Of a stretch of 64,000 nt of DNA, positions 21,054 to 32,021 are shown piece by piece (the first letter of the stretch is position 1; each line of letters opens with the position of its first letter). The notes beneath the pieces are model-generated. The model did not search any database, had not been told where the DNA came from, and saw only the letters and a program-made list of their open reading frames with translations. The translations under genes were made by a program, and so were the position numbers. Source of the DNA: Phycisphaeraceae bacterium (GTDB lineage Bacteria; Planctomycetota; Phycisphaerae; Phycisphaerales; Phycisphaeraceae); the NCBI GenBank assembly GCA_963674705.1, contig OY771506.1:4320001-4384000 (forward strand). Direction: 5' to 3'.

Positions 21054-22112
21054 ATGATGCTCTTTACGACACATCCCGCGCAACCCGAAGCCCACGTTTG
21101 CCAAACGTGGGCCCACGATGCGGTCCGCGCACGCAACGCACAGCGCCGCCCACACACTCGACGCACGCGTAATGCCGGCTTCAGCCTCATGGAAGTCCTG
21201 GTCGCGCTGGGCATCTTCACCGTCGGCCTCGTCGCCGTCGCCGCCATCTTCCCCACCGCCATCACCATCCAACGCGACACCGTACGACAGGTCGACGGCG
21301 AACGCATCGGTAAAAACGCCCGCGCCATGGTCCTGGCCATGGCCCGTAACGATTCCGCTTCCTACCCGGACCAGCCCTACGCCGAAATGAGCTACGATCC
21401 CAGCAACGGCTCCGGCTCGCTCTCCCGATTTATCTCCAATGCAAAGATCGCCTCGGCGTACAACCCCACGCCCGTCCTGCCGATGATCGACCTGCCTGAA
21501 GCGTATATGGATCCGGATAATTACCTGCACACAAACGCCCTGCACTCAGACCACGGCCGGTCCCCCGTCACGCTAGACGCCCCCTCGTCGTTCCACGGCC
21601 TGTTCAACATCGAAATGCGCAGCTACCCCAAGAATAATCCCGAATACCTGCGGCGCGATTATTACTGGTACCCGCTGCTTAAGGTCTCCGACGCGACCTC
21701 GCCCAATCCCAAGTTCACCATGATCGTCATCGTCATGCACCGCAGCGGCACCGACTTGCCGCCGGAGATCCGTCGCAGCGAAGAGGTCTCCGTGGTTAAA
21801 GACCCGCTTACCGGCAGGTTAAATACGCTCGACTTCGGGACCGACCTGCTGCCCGGGTATAGCAACGACATGAACAACAACTTCATACCCGACTACATCA
21901 GCCCCGGTGACCAGATCATCTGCGATGACGGCAACATACACACCGTCGTCAAAGCCGATGCCAACTCTGTCACCGTCGATTCACCCAACGTCGGCAACCC
22001 CAAACACTTTTACTTCGCCGTGGCGATCGACCGGGCCAACCTTATCAAGAAAGAAAGCCTGTCGCCGATCGTCTGGATCGAGGACGACATCACCCTCAGC
22101 GTCAACCCGTAA
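21054..22112 (+). CDS. minor pilin, PilV/GspI-like
   Basis: G|FSLMEVLVALGIFTVGLVAVAAIFP after a long basic leader. Confidence 0.8.
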   Translation: MMLFTTHPAQPEAHVCQTWAHDAVRARNAQRRPHTRRTRNAGFSLMEVLVALGIFTVGLVAVAAIFPTAITIQRDTVRQVDGERIGKNARAMVLAMARNDSASYPDQPYAEMSYDPSNGSGSLSRFISNAKIASAYNPTPVLPMIDLPEAYMDPDNYLHTNALHSDHGRSPVTLDAPSSFHGLFNIEMRSYPKNNPEYLRRDYYWYPLLKVSDATSPNPKFTMIVIVMHRSGTDLPPEIRRSEEVSVVKDPLTGRLNTLDFGTDLLPGYSNDMNNNFIPDYISPGDQIICDDGNIHTVVKADANSVTVDSPNVGNPKHFYFAVAIDRANLIKKESLSPIVWIEDDITLSVNP

Positions 22113-22114
22113 TC

Positions 22115-23746
22115 ATGAGCCATTACACCAACACATCACGAGACACGTTCGCCCGGCATAGCCGGCTGGGTATCACGCTCATCGAAATGATGGTTGCCCT
22201 GGCGATCACCACCTTCGTTATCCTCGTCGTCAACCAGCTCTTCAACAGCGTCACCCAGACCGTCGCCCGCGGCACGCAGGCCAGCGAACTGCTGCAAAAA
22301 TCCCGCACCATCGACGAGCAGCTCGCCTTCGAGACCGCCCTGGATAACTCGACTTTCAACGACCAGACCACGCCCGATAGCGCCAAATACGCCCAGTGGC
22401 ACAGCCGCATGGTCGGGCCCGCCGGCCGCAACGGTACCGGTGTTGACGGCAATCCTACAAATAGCGACCCCGGCGGCGTCCTCGCCATCGTCCAGCGCGT
22501 CATCAATGCCCCGCTGACTTTTGAAGATGCCCAGCGTGGCGTTACCCGCCCTATCCGCAGTGACCAGTTGATGTACTTCTATGACCAGAAGTCGCCGCTC
22601 GATGCCGAGGACAAGCGCATGCCCACCATGGCGCCGTCCTCACGCCTCAGCTTCACCGGCGACCAGCGCGACTCCCTCAACGCCGACTACGTCCGCATGT
22701 GGTACGGCCACGTCGTGCAGATCCCCGAGGGTATGTCCACCACCGATATCGATTTATCCAGCGTCAATAATTATAATTCGTGGGACCTCGGCTACACATC
22801 TGGCACAACCGACACGCAGATCAGCCCCAACATCCTTGCACAGGACTGGGTCCTCGGCCGACACGCCCTGTTCCTGAGCGATCCCAGCCTGACAGACTCA
22901 TCACTGTACACCAGCGCTACCCCACCAACATTTCCCTTCGGGCCTTTTGTCGTTGCCCCCTTTGCTATTCAGAAAGCAGGCATCACCAATAATCCCATGA
23001 TGGCCAATGGCGTCGTCGATGTCACCAATTCAACATTGCATGACTTGATCTATACCGGCTACCCAGCAATCCCCGAGATCGGATTAAATAGCCGGCCGTC
23101 TCTTCTTAATTACCAAAACACCGTCTTGAACATGATGTTCACGAGGGTTCCTTTACTCACCGCGAACACACCCGTCAGCAGCGACCCCACCAAGACGACG
23201 GAAATGGAAGCGTGGGACTACGCGCCGACGCATACCTACTTCATGGGCGGTGTCAGCGACTTCATCGTCGAGTTCGCCGGCGACCTGGTCACCGACAGCT
23301 TCTACCAGATCACCACGCCCACACTGCAGATCCAGCCCGACGGTGAACTGGATCGCGACCCTGAAGGACGCATCAAGTGGTACTCCGCCTATGCGAACTC
23401 TAAAACCAACAACAACAGCGCGATACCCAATCCGGATCAACCCATGACCTACCTCGCGCCGGACCCGAGCTACTACAAACCTAGCATGATTCCTAATGCT
23501 ATGTTCACACGCGCTGACTATGCCTTTATCTGGACACATAAATCATCCACAGCCGTTGCTTCCGAAGCGAATGCCAACTTCACGCAGTGGCCCTGGATGC
23601 TGCGCATCCGTTACCGGCTGCACGACCGCCGCGGCGACTTCGAGGGACGGCAGATCACCGTCAACGCCGCAACAGGCCAAACCGAACCCGAGCCCGGCGT
23701 CTGGTACGAGACCATCCTCCCCGTCAACTACCAGAGCGTGGAATAA
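22115..23746 (+). CDS. large minor pilin, PilW/GspJ-like
   Basis: G|ITLIEMMVALAI; C-terminal WPWMLRIRYRLHD. Confidence 0.8.
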   Translation: MSHYTNTSRDTFARHSRLGITLIEMMVALAITTFVILVVNQLFNSVTQTVARGTQASELLQKSRTIDEQLAFETALDNSTFNDQTTPDSAKYAQWHSRMVGPAGRNGTGVDGNPTNSDPGGVLAIVQRVINAPLTFEDAQRGVTRPIRSDQLMYFYDQKSPLDAEDKRMPTMAPSSRLSFTGDQRDSLNADYVRMWYGHVVQIPEGMSTTDIDLSSVNNYNSWDLGYTSGTTDTQISPNILAQDWVLGRHALFLSDPSLTDSSLYTSATPPTFPFGPFVVAPFAIQKAGITNNPMMANGVVDVTNSTLHDLIYTGYPAIPEIGLNSRPSLLNYQNTVLNMMFTRVPLLTANTPVSSDPTKTTEMEAWDYAPTHTYFMGGVSDFIVEFAGDLVTDSFYQITTPTLQIQPDGELDRDPEGRIKWYSAYANSKTNNNSAIPNPDQPMTYLAPDPSYYKPSMIPNAMFTRADYAFIWTHKSSTAVASEANANFTQWPWMLRIRYRLHDRRGDFEGRQITVNAATGQTEPEPGVWYETILPVNYQSVE

Positions 23747-23787
23747 GACCGAACACGTAATCCTGCCAATGGGCAAGGAGGCGAACG

Positions 23788-26700
23788 ATGTATATGAACG
23801 CCAACAAAACCCGACGCGCATCTTCACACCCGACGACCGACGCGAGCAACGCACGCCCCGGCCACACAACCAGCGTGCGCCAGCAAGGCTCCCTGCTGAT
23901 CCTCTGCGTCACCGTCCTGGTCATCATCGCGCTCATCGGCATCGCCTACCTACAACGCGTCCGCATGGACCAGTACGCCACCGCCCGGCACGAACGCAGC
24001 TACGTCAACACCGTCATCAACGGCATCCTCGGCGAAGTCAGCGACCAGTTGCAGTACGACCTCGTGGCTAATCAGTCCAAGGGTTACCTGCTGTACGACT
24101 ACCCCTATACCGACACCAACACAACCGACTACGAAACGACATCGGAATACACCAGCTCCAGCAAAAGCGGCCAAACCGTACGAGTCAACGGCTTCGAGCA
24201 TAGTAAAGATGTCGCCCCATTCGACGACCGCTGGCTCGCCTCCACCGCGCCCGTCTGGGTACCCGCCGACAACGAATACCACTGGCTGCACCTGACCAAC
24301 CTCACCGGCATGTTCATCGACCTGCCCGAGGAAGACCCCGATGCCAGTCAATACCCCCTCGAATCTTTCATCCTGTTTAATCGGGGACAGATCGGTCAGG
24401 CGATCTTCGGCAACGCGACCAGGTACTACGCCTCCGACACGGACATCGCGATGTCTGATAATCGCTATCTCGGGCTCCGTGGCACCATCCCCGGTTACCA
24501 GATGCGCGGCGTCGACGCCGACGGCGACGGCTTCGTCGACAGCCGATGGCAGTGGGCGCCCGAATCCGTCCGAAGCCTCGGCGGCCGTAAGTATGTCATG
24601 GCGACCCGCATCGTCGACCTCAGCTCCATGATCAACGTCAATACCGCCGGCGCCATATGCTTCACCGCAGCCATGGACGAACCCTACGTGGCCCGTGGGT
24701 ATAACCCCGCCTGGGTCGATCTGTCCCGGCTCTTCAGCCGTACTCACACACCTTACGGCTCAAGATGGCGGCAGGAACTCACCGCACTGCTCAACTTCCG
24801 CATCGATAACCTCGTCCAGAACAACCAGATCACCGACTACTACGGCGACAACCTGACATATATCCTCGAATCCACACGTGATGTCGGCGTCATGTGGCAG
24901 AAACAGGGCTCGATCTACGGCAACGTCGACCGTAACTATGTCATGGATGCCGAACTGGAACTGCGCCGTTTCGGCGGGCTCAACGATACCTCCCTGACCT
25001 CCGTCCTCGAATCGGAAATGGGCCAGGACTTCCCCGCCAATCAGGACCAGGTCAGCCGGCTCCTGCGTCAGCAGCCTAGCGTCGCGATTAACGAAGCCTC
25101 GTTCTGGGATGTGGTCAAAAACATCTACCCCGCTCTGCCTGAAAACGAAAGTGGCTACCGACGGGCCATCGCCGGCTGGTTCTATGGCGCCGCCAACGGC
25201 AGCCTTCCTGTTGATGATACCGACTCGCTGCGCGTCGCAAATCGTGAGTTCCCCGCCATCCGCCACATGCTCACCGCCGCCAGCGGCACCGGCATCTATG
25301 CCCCGGTACTTCAGGATGAAGCAGCCGTCGGCGGCTCACCCGCCAGCGGCAGCATCAAGTACGCACTCAACGACGAGTGGAGCACCGATGCCGGTGTCAA
25401 CGCCACCAAGCTCACCAAGCTGGAAAAACAACTGCGCCAGACATTCAAACGCACCCGCCGCAACCTGGGGAATTACTATCTCGGCCTCGACGCCAGCCAG
25501 ATCGAAGACTTCATCGCCGAATACGCCCTGGCCATCAAAGACTACAGCGATGAAGGAAGCATCCCCAGCAACACAACGATCAGCACTGGCGACGAGGTGT
25601 TCGGTTTAGAACGCCTGCCCTTCCTGCGCGAAGTCTATTGCCAGGCGCTGTATGAAGACACCGGCGATAATGTTGATGCGTTGGGTGCCGCAGTGTCCGA
25701 CGGCATCCCGGATACTTGGGAAGTCGTGCCGGACACCCAGGCCATGGCTATCGAACTGGGCAACCCCTTCTCCCACAACATCCTCGATTCCGAACTCGAC
25801 CAGTTGATCCGCATCCGTATCTCGCAGGGCGGCTCGACCGTCAGCACGTGGATATACGATGCAAGCAGGCCCGGAAGCGATAATCTGCTGGCACGCGACG
25901 ATACCACAACGACCGATCCCGATGACATCATGATCATCGTCAGTGATGCGGCCGATGGACCCGGCTCTAAGAACGACAACGGCGCAGGCGAAGGCGATAA
26001 CCTCGAACTCGACCTTAACCTCGATTCCGCCAGCAAGCCCAACCTCGTCGTCGTCCAGGCGCCGAACGGCTCACTGACCTTTGATACCGACGGCTCCACG
26101 ATCACCGTTGAATTGCAGGTGGAAGTCGACTCCAAAGGCGCAGGCAACTGGGTCACCTACGACCGCATGGAAACCACGCTCTCCTTCCCCGACGAAGAAG
26201 GACCCCACGCACAAGATGCCGCGCCGGCGGTCTCCCAACACATCCAGAAGTCTTTCTGGCGCGACAGTGAATACATCCGTTACGTCAGCGCCGACACCGA
26301 TACCGGTAGCGCTTCAAGCTCGCTCGATTCTACGAAAGACTCCACACCGGGCGGGGTATACAGCGCTACGGTGCCTAACTTCACCAAGGACATCAAAGGC
26401 GCCGTTGCTGGCGGCACCTGGACCCCGCCGGACACATTCCAACTCGCGATCCCCGATCGGCCGATGCTCAGCATGACGGAAATGGCCATGGTGCATGTCT
26501 TTGGCTTTACACGCACCGAATCCTTCTCCGAACGCATCGCCTCACCTCCTGCCCATGTAGCAAGCAGAGACTTCCTGGTCGTCGATCCAAACGACAGTGA
26601 ATACGACGTGATCGACTATCCTTTCGGGGTCCCACACGCCGCACTGCTCATGGACCTGTTCACCACGGTCAGCCCGAGGTATGACGGCAAGGACAATGAC

Positions 26701-27456
26701 AACGATGACGGCAATGAGAACGTCGACGATGGCGACAGCGAGAACGAATTCCTCGTGCCCGGCACCATCAACATCAATACCGCGCCGCTGCATATCCTCA
26801 CGCTGGCGTCTCCGATCGGCGAAACGTTAGGCGATGTCGAAAAACTGATGCGCGCAATCATCGCCTACCGCGATGAACCGATCCGCGGGTCCAAATGGCG
26901 GCCAACCAACTCGCACGGCTCCTACTGGTCACCGGCTGTCGCTGGTTTCGACGTAGACGAGATCAGGAACAACGGCTTTGCCGGCCGACCTGAACACTTG
27001 ACTAATTTTGTGAATTCCGCTGTCCCGGATGACCGGCTGAACCAGCCCGGCATCGCCAGCCTCGGGGAAGTCATGTACCTCAACCCCAACCCCAGCAGCG
27101 ACCTGGCAACCTGCATGATGGGTTACGGCCTGGATACGGCTAACTCACTGTCCGGCGCAAACTTCGACGTCGATATGTACCCCGACCCGAGCGAAGTCAC
27201 CAAAGGCAATGCGTCCGCGATCGACGAGGGTGACGACAACGAGCAACTGCTTGCTCGTTTCGGGATGCTCAGTCAGGCGTATACCGTCCGCAGTGACCGT
27301 TTCGCCGTCTACTGTGTCGTGCGTGGCTACAAGGATGCGAAGTTCAACACCGCGCCGGAAGAATCGGCCCGCTTTATCGCCATCATCGACCGCGGCACCA
27401 TGAAGACCGACGGCTCCGAGTCGCCGCGCATCATCGGTTTTATACGGTTACAGTAG
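23788..27456 (+). CDS. 1222-aa PilX/GspK-like protein
   Basis: QG|SLLILCVTVLVII lacking Glu5; DLSSMINVNTA and GTININTAP GspK-like motifs; Asp-rich putative Ca-binding segments. Confidence 0.75.
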   Translation: MYMNANKTRRASSHPTTDASNARPGHTTSVRQQGSLLILCVTVLVIIALIGIAYLQRVRMDQYATARHERSYVNTVINGILGEVSDQLQYDLVANQSKGYLLYDYPYTDTNTTDYETTSEYTSSSKSGQTVRVNGFEHSKDVAPFDDRWLASTAPVWVPADNEYHWLHLTNLTGMFIDLPEEDPDASQYPLESFILFNRGQIGQAIFGNATRYYASDTDIAMSDNRYLGLRGTIPGYQMRGVDADGDGFVDSRWQWAPESVRSLGGRKYVMATRIVDLSSMINVNTAGAICFTAAMDEPYVARGYNPAWVDLSRLFSRTHTPYGSRWRQELTALLNFRIDNLVQNNQITDYYGDNLTYILESTRDVGVMWQKQGSIYGNVDRNYVMDAELELRRFGGLNDTSLTSVLESEMGQDFPANQDQVSRLLRQQPSVAINEASFWDVVKNIYPALPENESGYRRAIAGWFYGAANGSLPVDDTDSLRVANREFPAIRHMLTAASGTGIYAPVLQDEAAVGGSPASGSIKYALNDEWSTDAGVNATKLTKLEKQLRQTFKRTRRNLGNYYLGLDASQIEDFIAEYALAIKDYSDEGSIPSNTTISTGDEVFGLERLPFLREVYCQALYEDTGDNVDALGAAVSDGIPDTWEVVPDTQAMAIELGNPFSHNILDSELDQLIRIRISQGGSTVSTWIYDASRPGSDNLLARDDTTTTDPDDIMIIVSDAADGPGSKNDNGAGEGDNLELDLNLDSASKPNLVVVQAPNGSLTFDTDGSTITVELQVEVDSKGAGNWVTYDRMETTLSFPDEEGPHAQDAAPAVSQHIQKSFWRDSEYIRYVSADTDTGSASSSLDSTKDSTPGGVYSATVPNFTKDIKGAVAGGTWTPPDTFQLAIPDRPMLSMTEMAMVHVFGFTRTESFSERIASPPAHVASRDFLVVDPNDSEYDVIDYPFGVPHAALLMDLFTTVSPRYDGKDNDNDDGNENVDDGDSENEFLVPGTININTAPLHILTLASPIGETLGDVEKLMRAIIAYRDEPIRGSKWRPTNSHGSYWSPAVAGFDVDEIRNNGFAGRPEHLTNFVNSAVPDDRLNQPGIASLGEVMYLNPNPSSDLATCMMGYGLDTANSLSGANFDVDMYPDPSEVTKGNASAIDEGDDNEQLLARFGMLSQAYTVRSDRFAVYCVVRGYKDAKFNTAPEESARFIAIIDRGTMKTDGSESPRIIGFIRLQ

Positions 27457-27500
27457 TACACGTATTTGTAAATGGCTTCGACAGACAAAGGATCGATCAG

Positions 27501-28310
27501 ATGCATAAACACCGAGCATTTACCATCATCGAGCTGCTGGTCGTCATCGCGATCATCGCTGTGCTCATCGGCCTGATCTTCCCCGCGATCGGTATGATCA
27601 AGAACAAAGCTCACGAGACGGAAAACAACGTACAGGTACGCAATGTCATCCAGTCTCTGATCGCCTACAGCGACAACCACCGCGGATTCTTCCCAGGGTT
27701 CAACGGCTTCGACTACGTGCCCGACACCCTCCCGCTCACCGGCAAGAGCGGCAACGGCCTGACCGTGCAGGCACGCTACTGGATGCTGCTGGACGGCAAC
27801 TTCACCGACGGCGACGCGCTCATCAGCCCCGCTGAGAATAAAGAGCCCTGGCCCAACGAACAGTACCCCCAGGGCAGCGACGATCGCCAGAAGGTCTTCA
27901 GCGATAACTACTCCTACTCATTCATGCGCATCGGCAACGGCGCCGCCACCGATTCCTACCGACCCGAAGAATGGCGCAACAAGCAGAACTCGCTCGCGCC
28001 GATCGTCACCGACCGGCTGGCGGCAACCTCGTCGATCACGCCCAACCCCGGCAACCCCGATACCTACCTCAGCATCCACAAGGGCAGCACAAAGGGGGAA
28101 TGGCGCGGCTCCATCGGCTACGGCGACCTGCACGTCGACTTCTCCGACACCACCATCATCCCGACACGCTTTGCCGACCAACGCAACGATGCAGACGACA
28201 TCTTTGATACCGCGGACGGCGACGGCGGGGGTCTTCCCAGTGCGGTTGCCACGAAAAATGCTGTGATGACTTACGAAGACACCAATGTATTAATCGGCAT
28301 CATCAAGTAA
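27501..28310 (+). CDS. prepilin-type N-methylation protein with an H...GD.H C-terminal motif
   Basis: A|FTIIELLVVIAII; IHKG...GSIGYGDLHV. Confidence 0.85.
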   Translation: MHKHRAFTIIELLVVIAIIAVLIGLIFPAIGMIKNKAHETENNVQVRNVIQSLIAYSDNHRGFFPGFNGFDYVPDTLPLTGKSGNGLTVQARYWMLLDGNFTDGDALISPAENKEPWPNEQYPQGSDDRQKVFSDNYSYSFMRIGNGAATDSYRPEEWRNKQNSLAPIVTDRLAATSSITPNPGNPDTYLSIHKGSTKGEWRGSIGYGDLHVDFSDTTIIPTRFADQRNDADDIFDTADGDGGGLPSAVATKNAVMTYEDTNVLIGIIK

Positions 28311-28362
28311 ATCACGCCGCCCGTCCCCAAAGATTCACGACATCCAATCCAAAGGCTATCTC

Positions 28363-28806
28363 ATGGACCCCAACTGCATCTTCTGTAAGATCGCGGCAGG
28401 CGACATCCCCTGTCATAAACTCTACGAAGACGAGCAGGTGCTCGCGTTCCTCGACCTCGGGCCTTTGGCGGCCGGGCACACGCTTGTCATCCCCAAACAT
28501 CACGCACAAACACTCGGCGAATTGCCCGATGAAGATGCCGCCGCCGTCGGCAGGGTGCTGCCCCGATTGACCAAAGCCATCGCCCAGGTGACCGGTTGCG
28601 ATGCGTACAACGTGCTTCTCAACATCGGCAAGTGTGCCGGGCAGGAAGTCATGCACGTGCACTTCCACATCATCCCCAAACCCGAAGACGCCCCCCCCAT
28701 CAGCCGCGACCCCGGCACCGGCCTCGGTCTCGCCTGGCCCGCCGATACCCTCGACCACGACGAAGCCAAAACACTCGTCCAGAAAATCACCGCCGCACTC
28801 GATTAG
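28363..28806 (+). CDS. HIT family hydrolase
   Basis: CIFCKI, GHTLVIPK, HVHFHII histidine triad. Confidence 0.95.
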   Translation: MDPNCIFCKIAAGDIPCHKLYEDEQVLAFLDLGPLAAGHTLVIPKHHAQTLGELPDEDAAAVGRVLPRLTKAIAQVTGCDAYNVLLNIGKCAGQEVMHVHFHIIPKPEDAPPISRDPGTGLGLAWPADTLDHDEAKTLVQKITAALD

Positions 28807-28815
28807 GCATATACC

Positions 28816-28850
28816 CCCTCTCCCCCTGGGAGAGGGCCGGGGTGAGGGCC
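28816..28850 (+). repeat. 35-bp REP-like palindromic element (identical inverted copy at 40853-40887)
   Basis: CCCTCTCCCCCTGGGAGAGGGCCGGGGTGAGGGCC between convergent genes. Confidence 0.9.
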
Positions 28851-28870
28851 GTTTGCACTTGTGGCTAAAT

Positions 28871-31837
28871 TCATTCCGCAGTGTCCACCGCCCCCACCGC
28901 TTCCCCCTTCATCGCTGCTTCCAACTGCGCCTCATCGAGTTGCTCGTTCGTCAGGATCACGACCACAGGATTATTCAGCCGTTCGTTCGCCAGTTCCGTG
29001 AGTTTTGCCGCGTCGACTTCACTCACCGCTTTGAGGAACTTCATCGAGCCCGGGTCGTCCAGGCCGTACACTACATCCAGCGCGTTGAGCATCGCGCGGT
29101 TGTACAGGCTCTGCTTGCTGAAGAACTCGCTCGTCAGCACCTTGGACTTCGCCCGGTCGATGTCCGCCTGATCGAATTCACCCGCCTTCGCCCGACGGAC
29201 TGTCGACATCGTTCGCTGCAAGGCTTCCACCGCCTGCGGCGCGGACGTGTTGAAGATCACTGCCGTATTGCCCGGCACAAGCCCCGCCCATACCGACGCG
29301 CCCACTGAATACACAAGCCCCGGCCCGCGCCCGCGCAGCTCCTGCTCGAGCCAGCCCGAAGGAAAGTCGCTCATCACCGTCGTCAACACACTCAAGCCCG
29401 GATAATCAGGATCATCCCGATCAAGCCCGGGCCCGAACCCGATGTAAAACGCCGTCGCCGGCTTCGTCGTCTGCACCTGCACGATCTTGGCTTCCGCGGG
29501 TATTGTCGATTCAGGCTCAAACGTTTGAGCCTTGTCGTTCGTAAACCCACCGAACACCTTCTGCGCCTCGGCATATACCTGCGCCGGCTCAACATCACCC
29601 ACCACAGACAAAACCATCTGTGAAGGATTCAGGTGTGCCGCGTGGAACGCCTTGAGGTCCTCTGCCGTCAGTGATTCGACCACATCCCGGTTGCCGATCG
29701 TCGGGCTGCCCCACGGGTGATTGCCGAAAAACTCCTTGCGGAACGCCCGCCTAAGCTCGCCGATCCACGTCTCGTTCTCACGGTCGATCGCAGCCAGCAG
29801 CCGCGGTTTGAGTTTCGCCCATTCCTCTGCATCGAACGTCGGATGCATCGTGATGTCAGCCATCATGCTCATCACCGTCTGCCAGTCTTCTTTCAATGCC
29901 GATGCGCTTGTGTACGCCGTGTTGTTTCCTGCCGACGCGCTCAGCGTCGCGCCGAGGTCTTCCACCGCCGCGGAAATCTCATCCGCGCTCTTGCTTTCCG
30001 TGCCGCGCCGCAGCATCTCCGCCGTCGCATTCGCTACGCCCTGATGCCCCGGCTTATCCGCAAGCAATCCACCCGGCCAGTACAACTGCATCGACACCGC
30101 AGGCACCACCGTCGACCGCTGAACCACCACCGTCAACCCGTTATCCAGCGTGTACTGCACCGGCTGATCCACTTCGATCCCTGCGCTGTTGTCCTTCTCG
30201 GATGCCAGGTTCTCGTGCAGCCGATCGATCAATAAATCGTTGTCAAGTTCCACCGGCTCATGCGCGACCGATGCCGGATCGATCGGCGGGGCCTCTCGCT
30301 TCGTCAGCGGGATATCACTTTCCTGGCCCTCCGGCATCGGTAATAACTTCACCGTGATCAGCCGATCGTCGGTCAGAAACTTCTGCGCCGACGCCTGCAA
30401 CTGTTCGACCGTCAGCGCCTGGATCGCCTCCGCGTACCGCTCCAGATATCCCGGATCGGCCAGCGAAATCACTTCCCACGCCAGCGTCGACGCCACGTCC
30501 TCGACCGACTGATTGCTCTGCACGATCCCCGAAATCACCTTCCGCTTCGCGCGGTCCAGCTCTTCCTGCGTGATCGGTTTATCACGCAGCGCCGCCACTT
30601 CCGCCAATAGCGCCGCCTTCAAATCATCCAGCGACGCCTCGCGGTTCGTCGGCTCAGCCGTCACCGTGAAGTATCCATCCGTCCAGACCGAGCTCGAGTT
30701 GTAAGAAGTCACCGACGTCGCAAGCTGCATCTTGTCTCGCACGATCCGCTTAAGCCGGCTCGATTCGCCCTGCCCCAGCACCATCGCCAATACGTCCAGC
30801 TCGTAATCGTCCGGCGCACCCAGTCTCGTGCCGGGCCAGATCAGACGCAGCTTCGGGATCTCCAGGTTCGCATGCCCCACCACCTCGCGCGGCCCTTCGA
30901 TCACAGGCTCCTTCGGGAAGCTCAACTGCGGCAACTGCCCCGCCGGCACATCCTTCCATCTTGCTACGACCTGGTCCACCACCGCCTGCTTGTCAATATC
31001 ACCCACCACAATGAACACCATGTTGTTCGGCACATACATCCGCTTGTAAAAATCATACAACTCGTCACGCGTGATCGTAAGGAACTCATCCATGTACCCG
31101 ATGATCGGATCGCGAGCCGGGTGCACCTGGTACCGCGCCATCTGCGTCAGCTTCCACAGGATCGTGTCCGGCCGACTGTTGCGCATCTCCATCTCTCGCT
31201 GGATCACGCTGCGCTCCCGCTCGAACTCCTCCTGCTTCACCATCGAATGCTGCATCCAGTCCGACACCAGTTCGATCGCCACGTCCGTATGTTCGCTGAC
31301 CGTGTTCACGTAATACCGTGCCGTGTCCAGCCCGGTCGCCGCGTTCGTCTGCGCGCCGATCTTGCCGAGCAATGCGTTCGACGCCTGCTCGTCCCGGTTC
31401 TCGGTTGTCCCGCCAGCAAGCAGGTGTTCAAGGAAGTGGCTCAATCCCGCGCCGACGTGCTCCTGCTCGAACATCGAGCCCGTCTTCACCCACGCCTGGG
31501 CCGTCACCACCGGCGCCGTCGGCAGCTCCTGTGCCACCACGATCATCCGATTCGGCAACTCAACGATCATCCGGTCCGATCGGTCCTGCAACACCACGTA
31601 CTCCTTCGATAGCTTGGGCTTGTCCATGGTCGTCTTGGCGGGTTCGGTCCTGTCCGTATCGGCATGCTCGGTCGCCTGCTCAGGTTGCACCACGTGCATC
31701 TCCCGGCCGCCTCCCGCTTCCTGCGGATTCGTGCACCCCGTTAGCCCCATCCACAGCACCGCCGCCACGGCCAATCCCGCCGCGACACGCCCCCCACGGC
31801 ATAACCGCCTTGCCAAGCTATCGGACACCGCTCTCAT
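28871..31837 (-). CDS. M16 family (insulinase-like) zinc peptidase, lipoprotein
   Basis: Lipobox LTGC; HFLEH inverted zinc motif, NAAT, ERSVIQRE; duplicated M16 halves. Confidence 0.93.
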   Translation of the reverse strand: MRAVSDSLARRLCRGGRVAAGLAVAAVLWMGLTGCTNPQEAGGGREMHVVQPEQATEHADTDRTEPAKTTMDKPKLSKEYVVLQDRSDRMIVELPNRMIVVAQELPTAPVVTAQAWVKTGSMFEQEHVGAGLSHFLEHLLAGGTTENRDEQASNALLGKIGAQTNAATGLDTARYYVNTVSEHTDVAIELVSDWMQHSMVKQEEFERERSVIQREMEMRNSRPDTILWKLTQMARYQVHPARDPIIGYMDEFLTITRDELYDFYKRMYVPNNMVFIVVGDIDKQAVVDQVVARWKDVPAGQLPQLSFPKEPVIEGPREVVGHANLEIPKLRLIWPGTRLGAPDDYELDVLAMVLGQGESSRLKRIVRDKMQLATSVTSYNSSSVWTDGYFTVTAEPTNREASLDDLKAALLAEVAALRDKPITQEELDRAKRKVISGIVQSNQSVEDVASTLAWEVISLADPGYLERYAEAIQALTVEQLQASAQKFLTDDRLITVKLLPMPEGQESDIPLTKREAPPIDPASVAHEPVELDNDLLIDRLHENLASEKDNSAGIEVDQPVQYTLDNGLTVVVQRSTVVPAVSMQLYWPGGLLADKPGHQGVANATAEMLRRGTESKSADEISAAVEDLGATLSASAGNNTAYTSASALKEDWQTVMSMMADITMHPTFDAEEWAKLKPRLLAAIDRENETWIGELRRAFRKEFFGNHPWGSPTIGNRDVVESLTAEDLKAFHAAHLNPSQMVLSVVGDVEPAQVYAEAQKVFGGFTNDKAQTFEPESTIPAEAKIVQVQTTKPATAFYIGFGPGLDRDDPDYPGLSVLTTVMSDFPSGWLEQELRGRGPGLVYSVGASVWAGLVPGNTAVIFNTSAPQAVEALQRTMSTVRRAKAGEFDQADIDRAKSKVLTSEFFSKQSLYNRAMLNALDVVYGLDDPGSMKFLKAVSEVDAAKLTELANERLNNPVVVILTNEQLDEAQLEAAMKGEAVGAVDTAE

Positions 31838-32021
31838 CTTGCTTCCTTTCCTGCTTTTCAGACCCTGATCTATCCGCCCAATCTTAAACATAATATCGGC
31901 CCATCAAGCCCCCCGCCGCTACGACCGATACAAACGATACCCCCCGTCCCGGGCCTTACCCGGCAAAGGGTTAGCTGTTTACTTCGGGTGTTACGCCCGA
32001 AACGCCACCGGAGTTCCATGA

